A DNA stretch of 64,000 nucleotides, taken from Spirogloea muscicola. Lineage: Eukaryota. Below are positions 38,980 to 50,544 of the stretch, one piece after another. The DNA lies in the NCBI GenBank assembly GCA_009602725.1, contig WELB01000009.1, positions 156,374 through 220,373 of the forward strand, read 5' to 3'. A model generated the notes under the pieces. That model was not told where the DNA came from. It made no database searches and was given only the letters and a program-made list of their open reading frames with translations. Both the position numbers and the translations under genes were made by a program. Each line of letters starts with the position of its first letter. The first letter of the stretch is position 1.

Positions 38980-39153
38980 GCTTTTGACATTGTCCATTCT
39001 TTCTGGGCTGGCTTTGCTTGGCCCCCTTTCTCTATGGGCGCGCACTTTCTTTCCTTGTAGCTGCTCCACGCTTTTCCGGCCCCTTCGAACCTTTGTCAAC
39101 TCTTTTTGGGCTGGCTTCTCGCAGCCCTTGCCCCCATTGGGAGTGCCACTTCC
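38980..39153 (-). repeat. Two modular hairpin repeats in the divergent promoter region
   Basis: TTTTTGGGCTGGCTTCTCGCAGCCCTTGCCCCCATTGGGAGTGCCACTTC is almost identical to 13118-13167. Confidence 0.85.
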
Positions 39154-39429
39154 ATGGGGGGCGGACCTTGTCAAATAGACTTCCCGATATTCATTTTCGG
39201 GGGGGACTATACAGTATAACAGCCTCCGCCACTTCTTTTGGAAGGAGCCGATGTCGTCCAGACGGTGGGGGCCGTCAGTTTTGACGGCGCGGGGGCCCCC
39301 ACGGCGCCCCGGTTAAGGACGCGCCTTGGCCCGGCCCCGACTGGCCCGCCGTCACCCTCCCCCGGCTCGCTCGGTCCCGGGCGGACCAACTGCTCTCCGC
39401 CCCCCGCGCCGCGCCCGCCGCCCCCGNGG

Positions 39430-40759
39430 CCGCGACTCGCCCTCCGAGCTCGCCGCCGTCGACCCGGCGCTGCGGCCGTACCTCCAGGCCCGGCTCGGCG
39501 GCGGCGCCGGCGGCGGCGCTGGCGGCCTCAACCCCTTCCTCACCGACGCCGGCGACGCGCCGTACAGCCAGGGCAACATCCTCCGGCGCTCCAAGTCCGC
39601 AGCCGCAGCTGGCCTGGAGAAGCCCGCCGCCTCGCCGACCTCCAGCCCCCCGCCGCCCCCTGGAGCTGCCAAGGCTGCGGCGCCGGCTGGAGCTCCGCCT
39701 GCGTCATGGGGCAACATTGTCGGCAAGTTTGCGGCGGCTTCCAAGTCGCCGACGGGCCTGCAAGATGCAAAGGCGCCTAAAGCGCAGCCCGCCACGCCTA
39801 CAAGTGCGGCGCCGCTGCAAGCTCGTGCCAAGCCTGCCGCATCAGCCAGGTCAGGCAGTCATCTCGTCCTGCACCATCCCGTCCTGCACCTTCTTCTTGC
39901 AAGATACCATATCCTGAGAGGGCCTGAGCATCGACTATCAGCGTCGGTCTCTTCGCATGCATGGATAACACCATGCTGTGCATCCAAACTTGTGCTGGCC
40001 TCCTCTTGGTGGTAGTCGTTCTTGTTGCATCTGTGGTGTAGAGGGACACGAAGGATGACAGAGCTAGGGTTGAGCATGGAGGTCTAGCCATGTGGTATAG
40101 CTGCTAGTGGGAATGCCAGTCAAAGGACGTGTGTGCCTAGTGACGGGCCTTTGACTGGACTCGTTTGTTGGCCAGGCCACTGACTGGTCATTAGCTGGAA
40201 GTATGTGCTGGTGTGCAGGCGTGTGTCTCCTTCCTATCCATTTGCAGTAGCCCTTGTCGATTCTCACGCTCTCGCCTGTAGTCTTCTTGCAGTGGCAGAG
40301 AATATCCTGCAGCAGTCACCTGGCAGACTGGCCAAGAGGGCGGCCCAGCAGTGATCAGGTTTCCATGGGACTCTAAGTATGTCCGTTATCCTGTTGTAGT
40401 TGCAGAATCCAATGCTGCTCTGTTTAGCCCCCAGATAGCCATGTCATTTGCCAGTTGATGCATAGATGGCCGAGCATAGTTGAGAACCACTTGACTGGTA
40501 GTCTTTGTGCTTGCAAGCACCGCGGAGGTTTGTTGTGTGGCAACTCTGCTGTGCAGGCAAGCATGTACCACTGTAGCCGCCGACTTATGACTGTGCTGTT
40601 TTGTTGTGTAGCCCACCTGATCTTGATCACCGGACGCTTCATCCAGCCAGTCGATATCGCCTCGTCAGTCATGCTCCTCTTTCGCCAGCCTCTGTCCTCG
40701 CTCCTGGATCACCGTCTCCACCCCTCCTGTCCCCTGGCTCGTCTCGCTCTCTATCTCCA
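39430..40759 (+). CDS. Unknown low-complexity Ala/Pro/Ser-rich protein (first exons); start unclear (N at 39427); may splice on to 42342-43424
   Basis: GC-rich frame ..ELAAVDPALRPYLQARLG..NPFLTD..GNILRRSKS..WGNIVGKF, with plausible AG/GT-bounded exons at ~40292-40358 and ~40611-40759. Confidence 0.5.
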
Positions 40760-42341
40760 GGTGACCGTCCAACATGCATAAAAGACGACAAGATATCAAC
40801 ATATATGGCAGCATTTTGCTCTATCCACACCAGTGCATGTGCATTTGACACATGCACACTGAGCAATTTTTGTATTCGCATTCTTCAGCACCCAGTACCG
40901 CATCTATACCAGTGGTGTTTCCTGTGGACTTTGCTGATGAGTCAGACTGCGCAAGGTCAGTGTGCACCTTTCCTGTCTGATGCATCACTATGCACCCACT
41001 GGGCAAGCATTTGTTTCTGTCTACAGCGTATTAGTATATGGAGTACTTCCAATGTCTTGCATGCTTCCTGTTGAGTCCTATTGCTGATGTGTTTAGCATG
41101 TTGGATTGGCATTGGCCATATAGACGTGTGTCAAAAGATTGCCACCACTCCATGGTGGTCATCTGCTGTGTTCCTAGTGGGTGAGTGTTTGAAGGTAGCT
41201 CTGGATTGGCTTGTGCAGCCAAGCATCCACTGCATCTTATCGACCTCCTATTCGTGTCCATGGGGGCAGCTCAATAAGCAGGCATGTCATCTCCACATAT
41301 GCTTGTCATTTGGTTACTAATCTGTAAGGGGGCCGTCGGCTCTCCGTCTTAGATCAGTGGTCCATGCACTCCGTGCCATTATGCGACCTCCTCATGATGC
41401 CTGAGATCTGCAAGTAAATACTTAGTGAGGCACTTGTTCCAGGAATTTACTGAGCTTGTTGTGCTTACAGAGCTCCACAAGCGGCACAACTGGTTGGTGT
41501 TGCCCATGACGCAATGGAGATGGCGACTAGTGAAGCTTCTGCCAGCACACAAAGCAACAGGTGATCTCAAGGTCTGAGCAATCATGTCCTTGGTGCCTTT
41601 CTACATTACATGTCGTTGGTGCTGAGAGAGGAAGGGGGTGCTTGCCATTGGGTAGGGTATGCTCATGGGGAAATTTATGCTGAAGTGGTCATGCGCTGAA
41701 GTTTATAGGACAATGTTCAGCTGTTTTGCTGACTTTGTGGACGGCTTAAAGAGGAAATTCTGTTGTGAGTCTGCAGATATTTCACAAGATTGCCAAGACC
41801 CATCCCAAAACAATATGTTGACCTTCCAGCAATGCCTCGACGCACATCCAGGTAGTTTGACTGAAGTGTCCTTGCATAAGTCAGACATGCTTCATCTTCT
41901 AGGATGCACACTCAAGCTAGTAGGGGCATGCACAAGCCCTTTTCTCCTATCACCTGGACTCCGCTACCTGGTTACAAGCTAGATGATTGTCTTGTTTCAA
42001 CAACTGAGGAATGCTTGAGCTCTCTGTCTCCTGCTTGCAGCAAGAACAATCTGCCATCAACGCCACTGGCACCCCCTTTGTCAAGCCCTCTGGTGAGCAT
42101 GTTGTCTTACTATTAGTACTTTCTGCTCTGAGAACATTCTTGGTCAGATAGAAATGAGCATTTACTGTACTTGACTAAGTACAGTGGGTCAAAACTCAAT
42201 CTATCTGTTTGCGGTATGTTTGTTGCAGTCATCACTGAGATGTAGAGCACGTCAAAGTGGTTGTGAATATAAGCTGCAGCCTTAAAGCGAGTTCACTGTC
42301 TTGCTTGCATTCACCTTACTGTTGAGAGATGCATCTTGCAG

Positions 42342-43424
42342 GAGTGGCATTACACAAAGAGACGAGGCCCTGAGGATGGTGTCATAGAGGACCTTCTTCA
42401 GCAACTACTGAAACAAATTGCTGAAGAGACCAAGTCAACCCTCCCGACAGGGGATGTGGACAAGGATAAGGGCTCCACAGCAGGAATTACAAGCTCAGAG
42501 GGGCTCGATCAGGAAGACGGTGGAACATCTTCGTCGGTGCCTGGTCCAGTTGCCAATGATCTGTCGACAATCGCGCAGGCTTCTGATTTGCAGCAGTCAC
42601 AGCGGAAGGGAATGGCGTCTAAGAGTGGGCCTTCTTCAGCAAGCATTCTCGCCAGGATCTTGATGATGCAGGCTGCAGCTCTAGCCAAGTCTTTTTCCAA
42701 CCTCACATTTGCAGCTGCCTGGGCTGCTGACGATGAGCAAACAAGGAGCTGGGATGTGCGTGAGGCCAAGGCTGCGGACAGCCACGTGGTGACCTGTAAC
42801 GGGATGCTGGTCATGGACCTGACGAGGAGGTTTGTGGACAGGGAGCTGGAAGTGTACGAGGCTCTTCTGAAAGCGGAGACCCTGGGAGCTCTCAAGCACT
42901 TGCGGATGAAGTTGAAGGGAGCAGGCGGGAAGTTTGCCAGCATTGGAAGTGGCCCAGGCTGCAACGGTGCAGGCCTACGCTTGTTCCTGCACAGGATGGG
43001 TGTAGACATGGACGTGGATGTGGTCGGTTACGGCCCAGATTATGTTCATCACAAGTGGGGCCAGGGGTGGGACAAGGTCGGTCAGGCCATATCACTCAAG
43101 GGCGTCGGGTCTTTTGAGGCCAGGGGCTTGGAGGACTTGCAGGAGCACAACGTGTCCCTAAAGGACTGTGCGGTTGTGTCGCTGACATACTCAGTGATTG
43201 AGGCCATGGAGGGCAAGGTGCCGAGCAAGTGGGCTAACTTCTGGCAGAAGTTGCACGCTGCCACCAGCGATGACGTGGTGGTTCTGATCTGCGATTCGTA
43301 CGAGGACCGTCGGTTCTTCAAGGGTCCAGCGGAGGAGCTCTGGGAGAGCACCTTTTTGAGCGAGGAGGGCACGGGCCGGCTCGACTACCTCATGGTAAAG
43401 CAGGGGAGCAAAGCTCCCAACTGA
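42342..43424 (+). CDS. Long terminal exon encoding a class I SAM-dependent methyltransferase-like (Rossmann) domain
   Basis: ~360 open codons after acceptor ttgcag; FASIGSGPGC glycine loop, then strand/helix pattern VDVVGY..D...KW, CAVVSLTYSV, VVVLICD. Confidence 0.6.
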   Translation, partial: EWHYTKRRGPEDGVIEDLLQQLLKQIAEETKSTLPTGDVDKDKGSTAGITSSEGLDQEDGGTSSSVPGPVANDLSTIAQASDLQQSQRKGMASKSGPSSASILARILMMQAAALAKSFSNLTFAAAWAADDEQTRSWDVREAKAADSHVVTCNGMLVMDLTRRFVDRELEVYEALLKAETLGALKHLRMKLKGAGGKFASIGSGPGCNGAGLRLFLHRMGVDMDVDVVGYGPDYVHHKWGQGWDKVGQAISLKGVGSFEARGLEDLQEHNVSLKDCAVVSLTYSVIEAMEGKVPSKWANFWQKLHAATSDDVVVLICDSYEDRRFFKGPAEELWESTFLSEEGTGRLDYLMVKQGSKAPN

Positions 43425-45406
43425 AGGTACTGCCAATAGCGCAGAATAATTGCTTCAATCAGGAGCTCGGAGCAGTATTGTGTGGTGTTGACGGCTGTGC
43501 GACTCTGTGGAGTTTGCAGTCTGTCATCCCCTTTCGCATTAGGCGTTTGGCATACGACAGCAGATAAATTAGGCCATGCGTGTGCAGCACCTGTGCATAT
43601 GAGAGAAGCTAGGTTGCAGTGTCAGAGCCGTAGGAAGCTTAGGAGAGGCTCGAAGCAGAGCTGGTGCAAGTCTCTAGGACTGAAGTGCCTGAAGATGTTT
43701 CCCGGCTTCTGGTAGGACAAGACGATGGTTGCACTCTGTCAATTGCAACAGATGGCAACTGAAGGCCCCAATTGCGGTGCCACCGTACATAGTCTAGGAT
43801 GATTGCATAGGCTGAGGAGCAGCGCCAGCAAGCATTGCTCTCCATACTGGACCCCTTCGCTGAATTTTTCCACACAGCCAATCTACGTGAGGTTCTGCTG
43901 CTTCCTTGTATCCAGTTGGTGACTTTGTTGCTGTCGGGCCAATAAGTCTGACATCTCAGGTAACATATGGGGCCACCCTCTCGCCCTTGCCTTGCGTCAA
44001 ATTTCCATTGTCTGCTTCGCGCCCTATCACGAGTCCTGCCAGCATGTGACGTGGCAAGACTCAGCTCCGGTAAGCACCCGGTGCGCCTTGCGCAATACAC
44101 CTTGCGCAAAGCCGCCTGCCTCTAGCCTCCCTGGCGATCTAACAGCCCAGAGCAGGCGTGGTAGGCGAGAATGGAATGGGGGCAGAGTAAAGCCTGTGGC
44201 AAGGTGCAGTGAGACTGCAGTACCCCTGGCCTCTCTCGCCCAGGGGTAAGGCAGCGCCTGTCAGTAATGCTGCAGCATTTAATGGCACATGCAGTGCATG
44301 TGCGTGTCGGTTGCGCTTTAGCTGCAGCCTCTGGCTACAGACAGGGCACCTACTAAACTGAAGACTAGTTTCTCTGCTGCGGCTGCTCACTAGGGAATAC
44401 TGAGCACCCAGTGGCCACTTGAGTCGCTGTGTGCTCTAGGCTCTTTTCTGGCTCCTTTGAGAATTCAATCTTTGTCGTTCTCTATCTTTCTGCATACTAT
44501 ATGGCAAAGCTGTGCGCCTTCTGGCCCTTTGGACCCTTGCCCACTTTGCTGGGCTGGCTTTTCAGAAGAAGAAGGGCTCGCCCATTGAGAATATGGGCTG
44601 GAACAGCCAGCCCAAAAAAGAATGAACAGAGTACAAGAAGAGGGGGGGGGAAGCCAGGCGAAGCCCTAAGGCAGAGCCCTCGCCCCTCTTTACAATGCTT
44701 GGTTCTAAGACAGGCGGCCGCTCAACAGGGGAGATCCAGCGCCAGTGGCCACTTGAGTCGCTGAGTGCTTGGCGCTTTTCTGGCCCCTTGGAGTTGCTGG
44801 CCCCTTCTGTTCATTCTTTTGTCTGGGCTGGCCAATCGCAGCCGTTACCCTCTGCTTAGTCCCCTGCTTTCTGCGCCATTCGGCTCCTCTTGACCTTGTC
44901 CATTCCTTTTGGGCTGGCTTCTCCCAGCCACCAGTCAATTCGGCCGCGCTTTGCTGAATGGACTCTGCTGAATGGACGAGCGTGGTTATTGAGAGGAGGA
45001 GCTGCTTCCGGGGGATCTCCTGAAGCAGCGGAGGGGGCCCCACCCAGTTGCGATCCGGGAGCACGCGCCGCACGAGAAGTCAGCGTGACGGCGCCGGCTG
45101 GCGCTTCGGATTGCGGCCAAGTGGCCAGTGCACGTGACGGGCCTCTCGTGGCTGCCGCGTGCTCCCACGACCGTTGCTAAGGGATCAGGCCTGCCCGTGT
45201 GGCCGTCTCTGCCACGTGGCACAGCTCAAGCCCCCAGTGGGTTGGCCCCCCCCGCTAAAAAGTTTCTCTTCTCCGACTGTGCCAGGTTGGGCGACACATC
45301 ATGCGGAGAGGAAGAAAAGAAAAGGGAGAAGTGCTCGCCCATAGAGACGAAGGGCTGGCAAGGCCAGCCCAAAAACAATGGACAGTGTCTGAAGCCGAAG
45401 AAAGAA

Positions 45407-45617
45407 GAAGAAGGGCTCGCCCATTGAGAATATGGGCTGGAACAGCCAGCCCAAAAAAGAATGAACAGAGTACAAGAAGAGGGGGGGGGGAAGCCAGGCG
45501 AAGCCCTAAGGCGAAGCAGCAGAAATGACAAGCACACAAGAAAAAACAAAGCAGCTACTAACCACTCAGTAACCCCTGCTAAGCAGGCGCAGGTCGGAGA
45601 GGCTATGCTCCTGGAAG
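45407..45617 (+). mobile_element. ~210-bp non-autonomous hairpin element, full-length copy 1
   Basis: Near-identical reverse complement of 50335-50544; bounded by GAAG on both sides; GGGCTGG-AACAG-CCAGCCC hairpin near the left end. Confidence 0.8.
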
Positions 45618-45712
45618 AAAGGATTTCGTGTATTTGAAACAATCGAAGGCCAGTATGGCCAAGTACAGAGGTAAGCACATCTTATGACGTAGCAGCTAGC
45701 ATCTAGCAGCTA

Positions 45713-45947
45713 CTGGAGCTGCTAGTGGAGTGAGGCAGCAGCTGTGCCAGGAGGAATGGAGGGGTGGGGGGGAGAAGAGGGCTGGAAGTGCCACGATTGG
45801 GGCCTTGACATCCTGTCCTGCTGGAGCTGCTAGAGGAGGAGTGAGGCAGCATCCATAGCAGGAGGGATGGGGGGGTGGGGAAGGATGGCCGGAAGTGCCG
45901 ATGAGGGTCTTGTCGACCTGGCCTGGCAGCAGTGGCAGGATGAGGGA
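45713..45947. repeat. Tandem repeat of ~108-bp diverged units running into an assembly gap
   Basis: CTGGAGCTGCTAG..GGAGTGAGGCAGCA..GGAAGTGCC recurs at 45713 and 45821. Confidence 0.7.
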
Positions 45948-46994
45948 NNNNNNNNNNNNNNNNNNNNNNNNNNNNNNNNNNNNNNNNNNNNNNNNNNNNN
46001 NNNNNNNNNNNNNNNNNNNNNNNNNNNNNNNNNNNNNNNNNNNNNNNNNNNNNNNNNNNNNNNNNNNNNNNNNNNNNNNNNNNNNNNNNNNNNNNNNNNN
46101 NNNNNNNNNNNNNNNNNNNNNNNNNNNNNNNNNNNNNNNNNNNNNNNNNNNNNNNNNNNNNNNNNNNNNNNNNNNNNNNNNNNNNNNNNNNNNNNNNNNN
46201 NNNNNNNNNNNNNNNNNNNNNNNNNNNNNNNNNNNNNNNNNNNNNNNNNNNNNNNNNNNNNNNNNNNNNNNNNNNNNNNNNNNNNNNNNNNNNNNNNNNN
46301 NNNNNNNNNNNNNNNNNNNNNNNNNNNNNNNNNNNNNNNNNNNNNNNNNNNNNNNNNNNNNNNNNNNNNNNNNNNNNNNNNNNNNNNNNNNNNNNNNNNN
46401 NNNNNNNNNNNNNNNNNNNNNNNNNNNNNNNNNNNNNNNNNNNNNNNNNNNNNNNNNNNNNNNNNNNNNNNNNNNNNNNNNNNNNNNNNNNNNNNNNNNN
46501 NNNNNNNNNNNNNNNNNNNNNNNNNNNNNNNNNNNNNNNNNNNNNNNNNNNNNNNNNNNNNNNNNNNNNNNNNNNNNNNNNNNNNNNNNNNNNNNNNNNN
46601 NNNNNNNNNNNNNNNNNNNNNNNNNNNNNNNNNNNNNNNNNNNNNNNNNNNNNNNNNNNNNNNNNNNNNNNNNNNNNNNNNNNNNNNNNNNNNNNNNNNN
46701 NNNNNNNNNNNNNNNNNNNNNNNNNNNNNNNNNNNNNNNNNNNNNNNNNNNNNNNNNNNNNNNNNNNNNNNNNNNNNNNNNNNNNNNNNNNNNNNNNNNN
46801 NNNNNNNNNNNNNNNNNNNNNNNNNNNNNNGTCGCCGCCGGCGGCGGCGACGGCGGCGGCGCGAGCGGCGGGCGCGGGCGCCCAACGGTCGGGAGCGGGG
46901 GGGGCGGCGCGCGCTTCCGCTGGAAAGAAGAAAGAGGTGCTGGAAGAGAGAGAGAGAAGGCGCGCTGGAAAAGGACTACACTACCAAACAAGAC

Positions 46995-47110
46995 GAGAGA
47001 AGGCGCGCGGGGCGCATGAAATGAAAGGGAGGCCAATTCAAGCCAGTACATTGATCAGGCGAAGGCTACTGCAGACTAAACAAGGCTAAATGTACCTAAA
47101 GTAAGGTGCC
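46995..47110 (+). repeat. 116-bp repeat, exact reverse complement of 55928-56043
   Basis: Base-by-base comparison; diverged relatives at ~13445, 14420, 14610, 16110, 16850, 19075, 47680. Confidence 0.92.
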
Positions 47111-47218
47111 TAAGGTGACATCAATACCCACGGGTGAGCACAAACAAATCTGACAAGCTAACTTGGGCAGCTGGAGCGCCGCCACGAAAGCCGGAGGCCT
47201 GACTTAGAGCCCTGCACG

Positions 47219-47552
47219 TTGATGAAGAGCCAATGCTTGCGAGCGCTGCAAACTAAGCGAGAGCCGCATTCTGTACTAAAGAAGGAGAGGCACTATAATG
47301 ACCACCCCCGGGGCGACGGGCGACCACTTCTTCCCATGCGCCATGGACATATACGGCGGCTATGGAACGAAGTGGTCTGCCCTCCTCCATCGCCTGGCAC
47401 TGCATGTTGATGCCCGCCGACGTAGTCGGGCGATTAGCTTAGGCCATTCTAGCGTCCCGCAAGCCATCATTGCATGCGATAGGATGAGGCTATCATTGAG
47501 TCTGCAGCGCTCCAAGCACTCGCGATTCACCAGCGTGCTGGTCGTGCATTAG
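47219..47552 (+). mobile_element. 3' fragment of a CRE-like non-LTR retrotransposon (restriction-like endonuclease end)
   Basis: KKERHY then (frameshift) HFFPCAMDIYGGYG..SALLHRLA...RMRLSLSLQRS, the F.P.A.E..G..G / RLS..LQR pattern of RLE-type elements. Confidence 0.6.
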
Positions 47553-49105
47553 CCCAGGCTAATGGCTTCCGTGGTGGTGGTTTGGCTCCTCAGTATAGCT
47601 TGTCAGATATGCATGTGCTTACTCGGGGATATTAGTGTCCCCCTTAGGCAGCTCATAACCCAATTACCAGGACATTTGTAAGGCTAGAATTGGCCTCCCT
47701 TCCAATTTCATGCGCACCGCGCGCCTTCTTCTCCGCTGAAAGGAAGTGCGGCCAGATTGACTGGTGGCTGGGAAAGGCCAGCCCAAAAGGAATGGACAAA
47801 GGAGCCGGACATTACTCGAAAGAGCTAACTCGGAGTGGTGGCTAAAACCCCGAGCCCTGTCGTGACACTGGGCGTCGGCAGTATGCACAGCAGCGTCTGT
47901 TTTGCGATACCAGCGTACAAATTTGGTGATGTGTAGATAGCATGCTTGCCAGGCAAACCAGCAAGAACACGGCCTTGATGTAAGTCAGGAGACTCTTCCA
48001 GTTTCCGTCATTGTGGCCCCTTCGACCCTTTGTCAATCTTTTTCGGGCTGGCTTTTCACAGCCCTTGCCCCCATTGAGAGAGCCACTTCTCTTCCAGTAG
48101 AGGGCGATGGCTGGGATTGGCCAGCCCAGAGAAGAACGAACAAGTTTGAAGGGGCCAGAAATTGATGTGATAATCTCGCATTGAGAAGCGAGGAAGAAGA
48201 CGACAGCTTAAGTGAGAGTCGCACAAGCACGGAAGCTGCATGTATGTTGGCTACTATGACGTTGTGGCTGATGGGTATGACGACCAAACGAGGTGATGCG
48301 GCAAGATTCACATGACTCAATGCAGAACTCAAGCACGAGCATGAAGCGTCTGCAATGTCCTCTTTGAAGAGTCTCACGCATCAGTGTAGCATAGCGCACG
48401 AGAGGGCAAGGCCCAATGGCCAGTAACCAAGGGCGGGGCCCTAGATGCAGTCACCAAGGGGCAAGGCCCAGCTCTCTCAGCAGCTTGACGGGGCAAGACA
48501 AAATTGCGACAGCGATGACCGCTATGTCATTCACGAGATGCTACTACTAAACCCCTCGTAGCTTGCTCACGAGCTTCTCGGTCTATCACTTGGGCTTCTC
48601 TTGAGCCGCTCGGAGGGCAGGTATGGCTTGTGCGGCAGTGCCAGGTGTAGCATGACAGAGTGAGCGTACTCCCTGACCCGCATGGACTTGATAGGTACCG
48701 AGTTTGTAAGTCCCTTCACACCAAGCTGATGAAGTGCCTCTGTATCCACATGTGCCGCCACCTCCACGTCCTTGTTTGATCAACAACGAGGCATCAACGA
48801 GACATGGCACGACAGCTGTCATGCCACAGCGCGTCAGCTGCCATACAACGCCATTATGCCAGATCAGCAAAGAACCAGGTAGCGTGTTATAGCTTGCATG
48901 GCAGGCAAAACAGAAAACGGAGTTAATTATAACGTTGGAAGTGAGAAGCGAGTAGAAAGACAATAGCCTGAAATAGATTGGTACAAGCACGAAACTCGTA
49001 TATAAGTTGGCTACTATGAGGTTGTGACTGATGGATACTGAAAGTCAGGGCTTCCCCTAAAATCAAGTGCTGGTACAGCATGACAACTTGGGCTAGAATC
49101 TGTGA

Positions 49106-49300
49106 GCAGCCTACACAGAACCAATCGGCATCTCGGAATATAATGGGAAATTGGAGAAAAGCTACGAAGGTGCCACCCCTTCTGCAACTATAGCACAAAA
49201 GCATGGCGGCGGCTAGATCACATTGGTGACAAAAGAAGCAGGACAAATGATCTGAAACCCATCGTTGTAAGGGGTTAGTAGATGTGTCAAGATTACTCAG
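49106..49300 (-). mobile_element. Degenerate PHD finger, probably the integrase C-terminal PHD of a Ty3/Gypsy element
   Basis: LSNLDTSTNP..LSCFFCHQCDLAAAMLLCYSCRRG......FP....DWFCVGC: C-x2-C, MLLC-x2-C and WFC-x2-C kept, central His/Cys lost. Confidence 0.6.
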
Positions 49301-49519
49301 GTAATAGTAGTGATATCCCGGATATAATGATAGCAACACGGTTGCCTGAGCCATGTAGTCTGACGACATTGGAAGAGAGTCTTTCTCAGCTGCTTAGCTT
49401 CTTATTGTGCTTGTCTTCCTTAGTGCTTCGCCTAGCCCCCTTCTTGTACTTTGTTCATTCTTTTTTGGGCTGGCTGTTCCAGCCCATATCCCCAATGGGC
49501 GAGCCCGTTCTTCTTTCTC

Positions 49520-49927
49520 AAGGAGCCTAAGGTGCTTTTTGCTCTGGCTATTGGTACAGGGAACTAAGTTGCCGGCTAATTGTGGCACGATCAAAAATCT
49601 TGCCTCTATTTACAGATGTAATGTCTGCAAGCGTGCGCGTCGAGCATAGACTGCTCTTCCATACATGATTATGCATGCTGAAATGGACTCCCGGGTGAGC
49701 TCTTTAACCTCACGCAAACTCCAGCCTGTCTTGTGCGTCAGCAGTTGCTGAAGTGCAGAACCGGTTGCTCTTGCCAACACGTCGATGAGAGCGTCAATGC
49801 TGATCTCCTTCTGGTGAAGGTTTCACACAGTTGTGACTTGTGTATCATGGGGCCGAGCCTTCCACTTACCGACAACGTTGCAATCAGTGCTGGAGGAGAT
49901 CCAACTCCGATTGCTTTTGGGGCATGA
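49520..49927 (-). pseudogene. Second, frameshifted and truncated copy of the partitivirus-like coat protein sequence
   Basis: Aligns by eye to ~50988-51395 (roughly 75-80% nt), e.g. QLCETFT-QKEISIDALIDVLARATGSALQQLL vs QVCKTFTQKEISIAALIDVLATRTGSALQYLL, with 1-bp deletions. Confidence 0.8.
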
Positions 49928-50291
49928 CGGCATGCTTTTGGGGCATGGGTTACGTGAAGTGAGGCGATGGTCAGCTTATGTGTGATGTTAACAAGACATT
50001 GACACTCGCCCTCGAACTCATAACCTTGGTCTGGAGTACCTCAGCGTAAATTTCAAGTCAGCAGAGCACCTGCTCCAGAAAAGCTTCAGCAATGTATGTG
50101 CTGGACTTCCGGGGATGACAACACCCTTAACCCATTGAGTGAGGTGCTCAAAGAATCATAAGTATGGTGTCTGAGCACCCTTGCACAGAAGACCTGCCAA
50201 TGGAAAGGCCAAACCTTATTCTCGGTATGAGCATTCATACACTCATAACATCAAAAAGGGTTCATACTCCGCGGGGGGGCGTCCTAGCTCT

Positions 50292-50322
<31 letters not shown>

Positions 50323-50334
50323 CCAGGGGACATA

Positions 50335-50544
50335 CTTCCAGGAGCATAGCCTCTCCGACCTACGCCTGCTTAGCAGGGGTTACTGAGTGGTTAGTAGCTG
50401 CTTTGTTTTTTTTTGTGTGCTTGTCATTTCTGCTGCTTCGCCTTAGGGCTTCGCCTGGCTTCCCCCCCCCTCTTCTTGTACTCTGTTCATTCTTTTTTGG
50501 GCTGGCTGTTCCAGCCCATATTCTCAATGGGCGAGCCCTTCTTC
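50335..50544 (-). mobile_element. ~210-bp non-autonomous hairpin element, full-length copy 2 (interrupts the viral ORF)
   Basis: Near-identical to 45407-45617; CTTC at both ends on the + strand. Confidence 0.8.

Noticed and set aside
44362..44415. Canonical Helitron 3' end (hairpin then CTAG)
   Set aside because: CTAG is not conserved among copies and homology continues past it to GG(A/T)AG.
45696..47051. Long ORFs crossing N gaps (also 11777-12986 and 32617-33405)
   Set aside because: Length is an artefact of X runs.
48567..48767. Possible partitivirus RdRp fragment near the capsid copies
   Set aside because: No GDD or other RdRp motif; resemblance too weak to call.
50085..50105. QHIHC as an HUH endonuclease motif
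   Set aside because: Short broken frame with no downstream catalytic Tyr motif.
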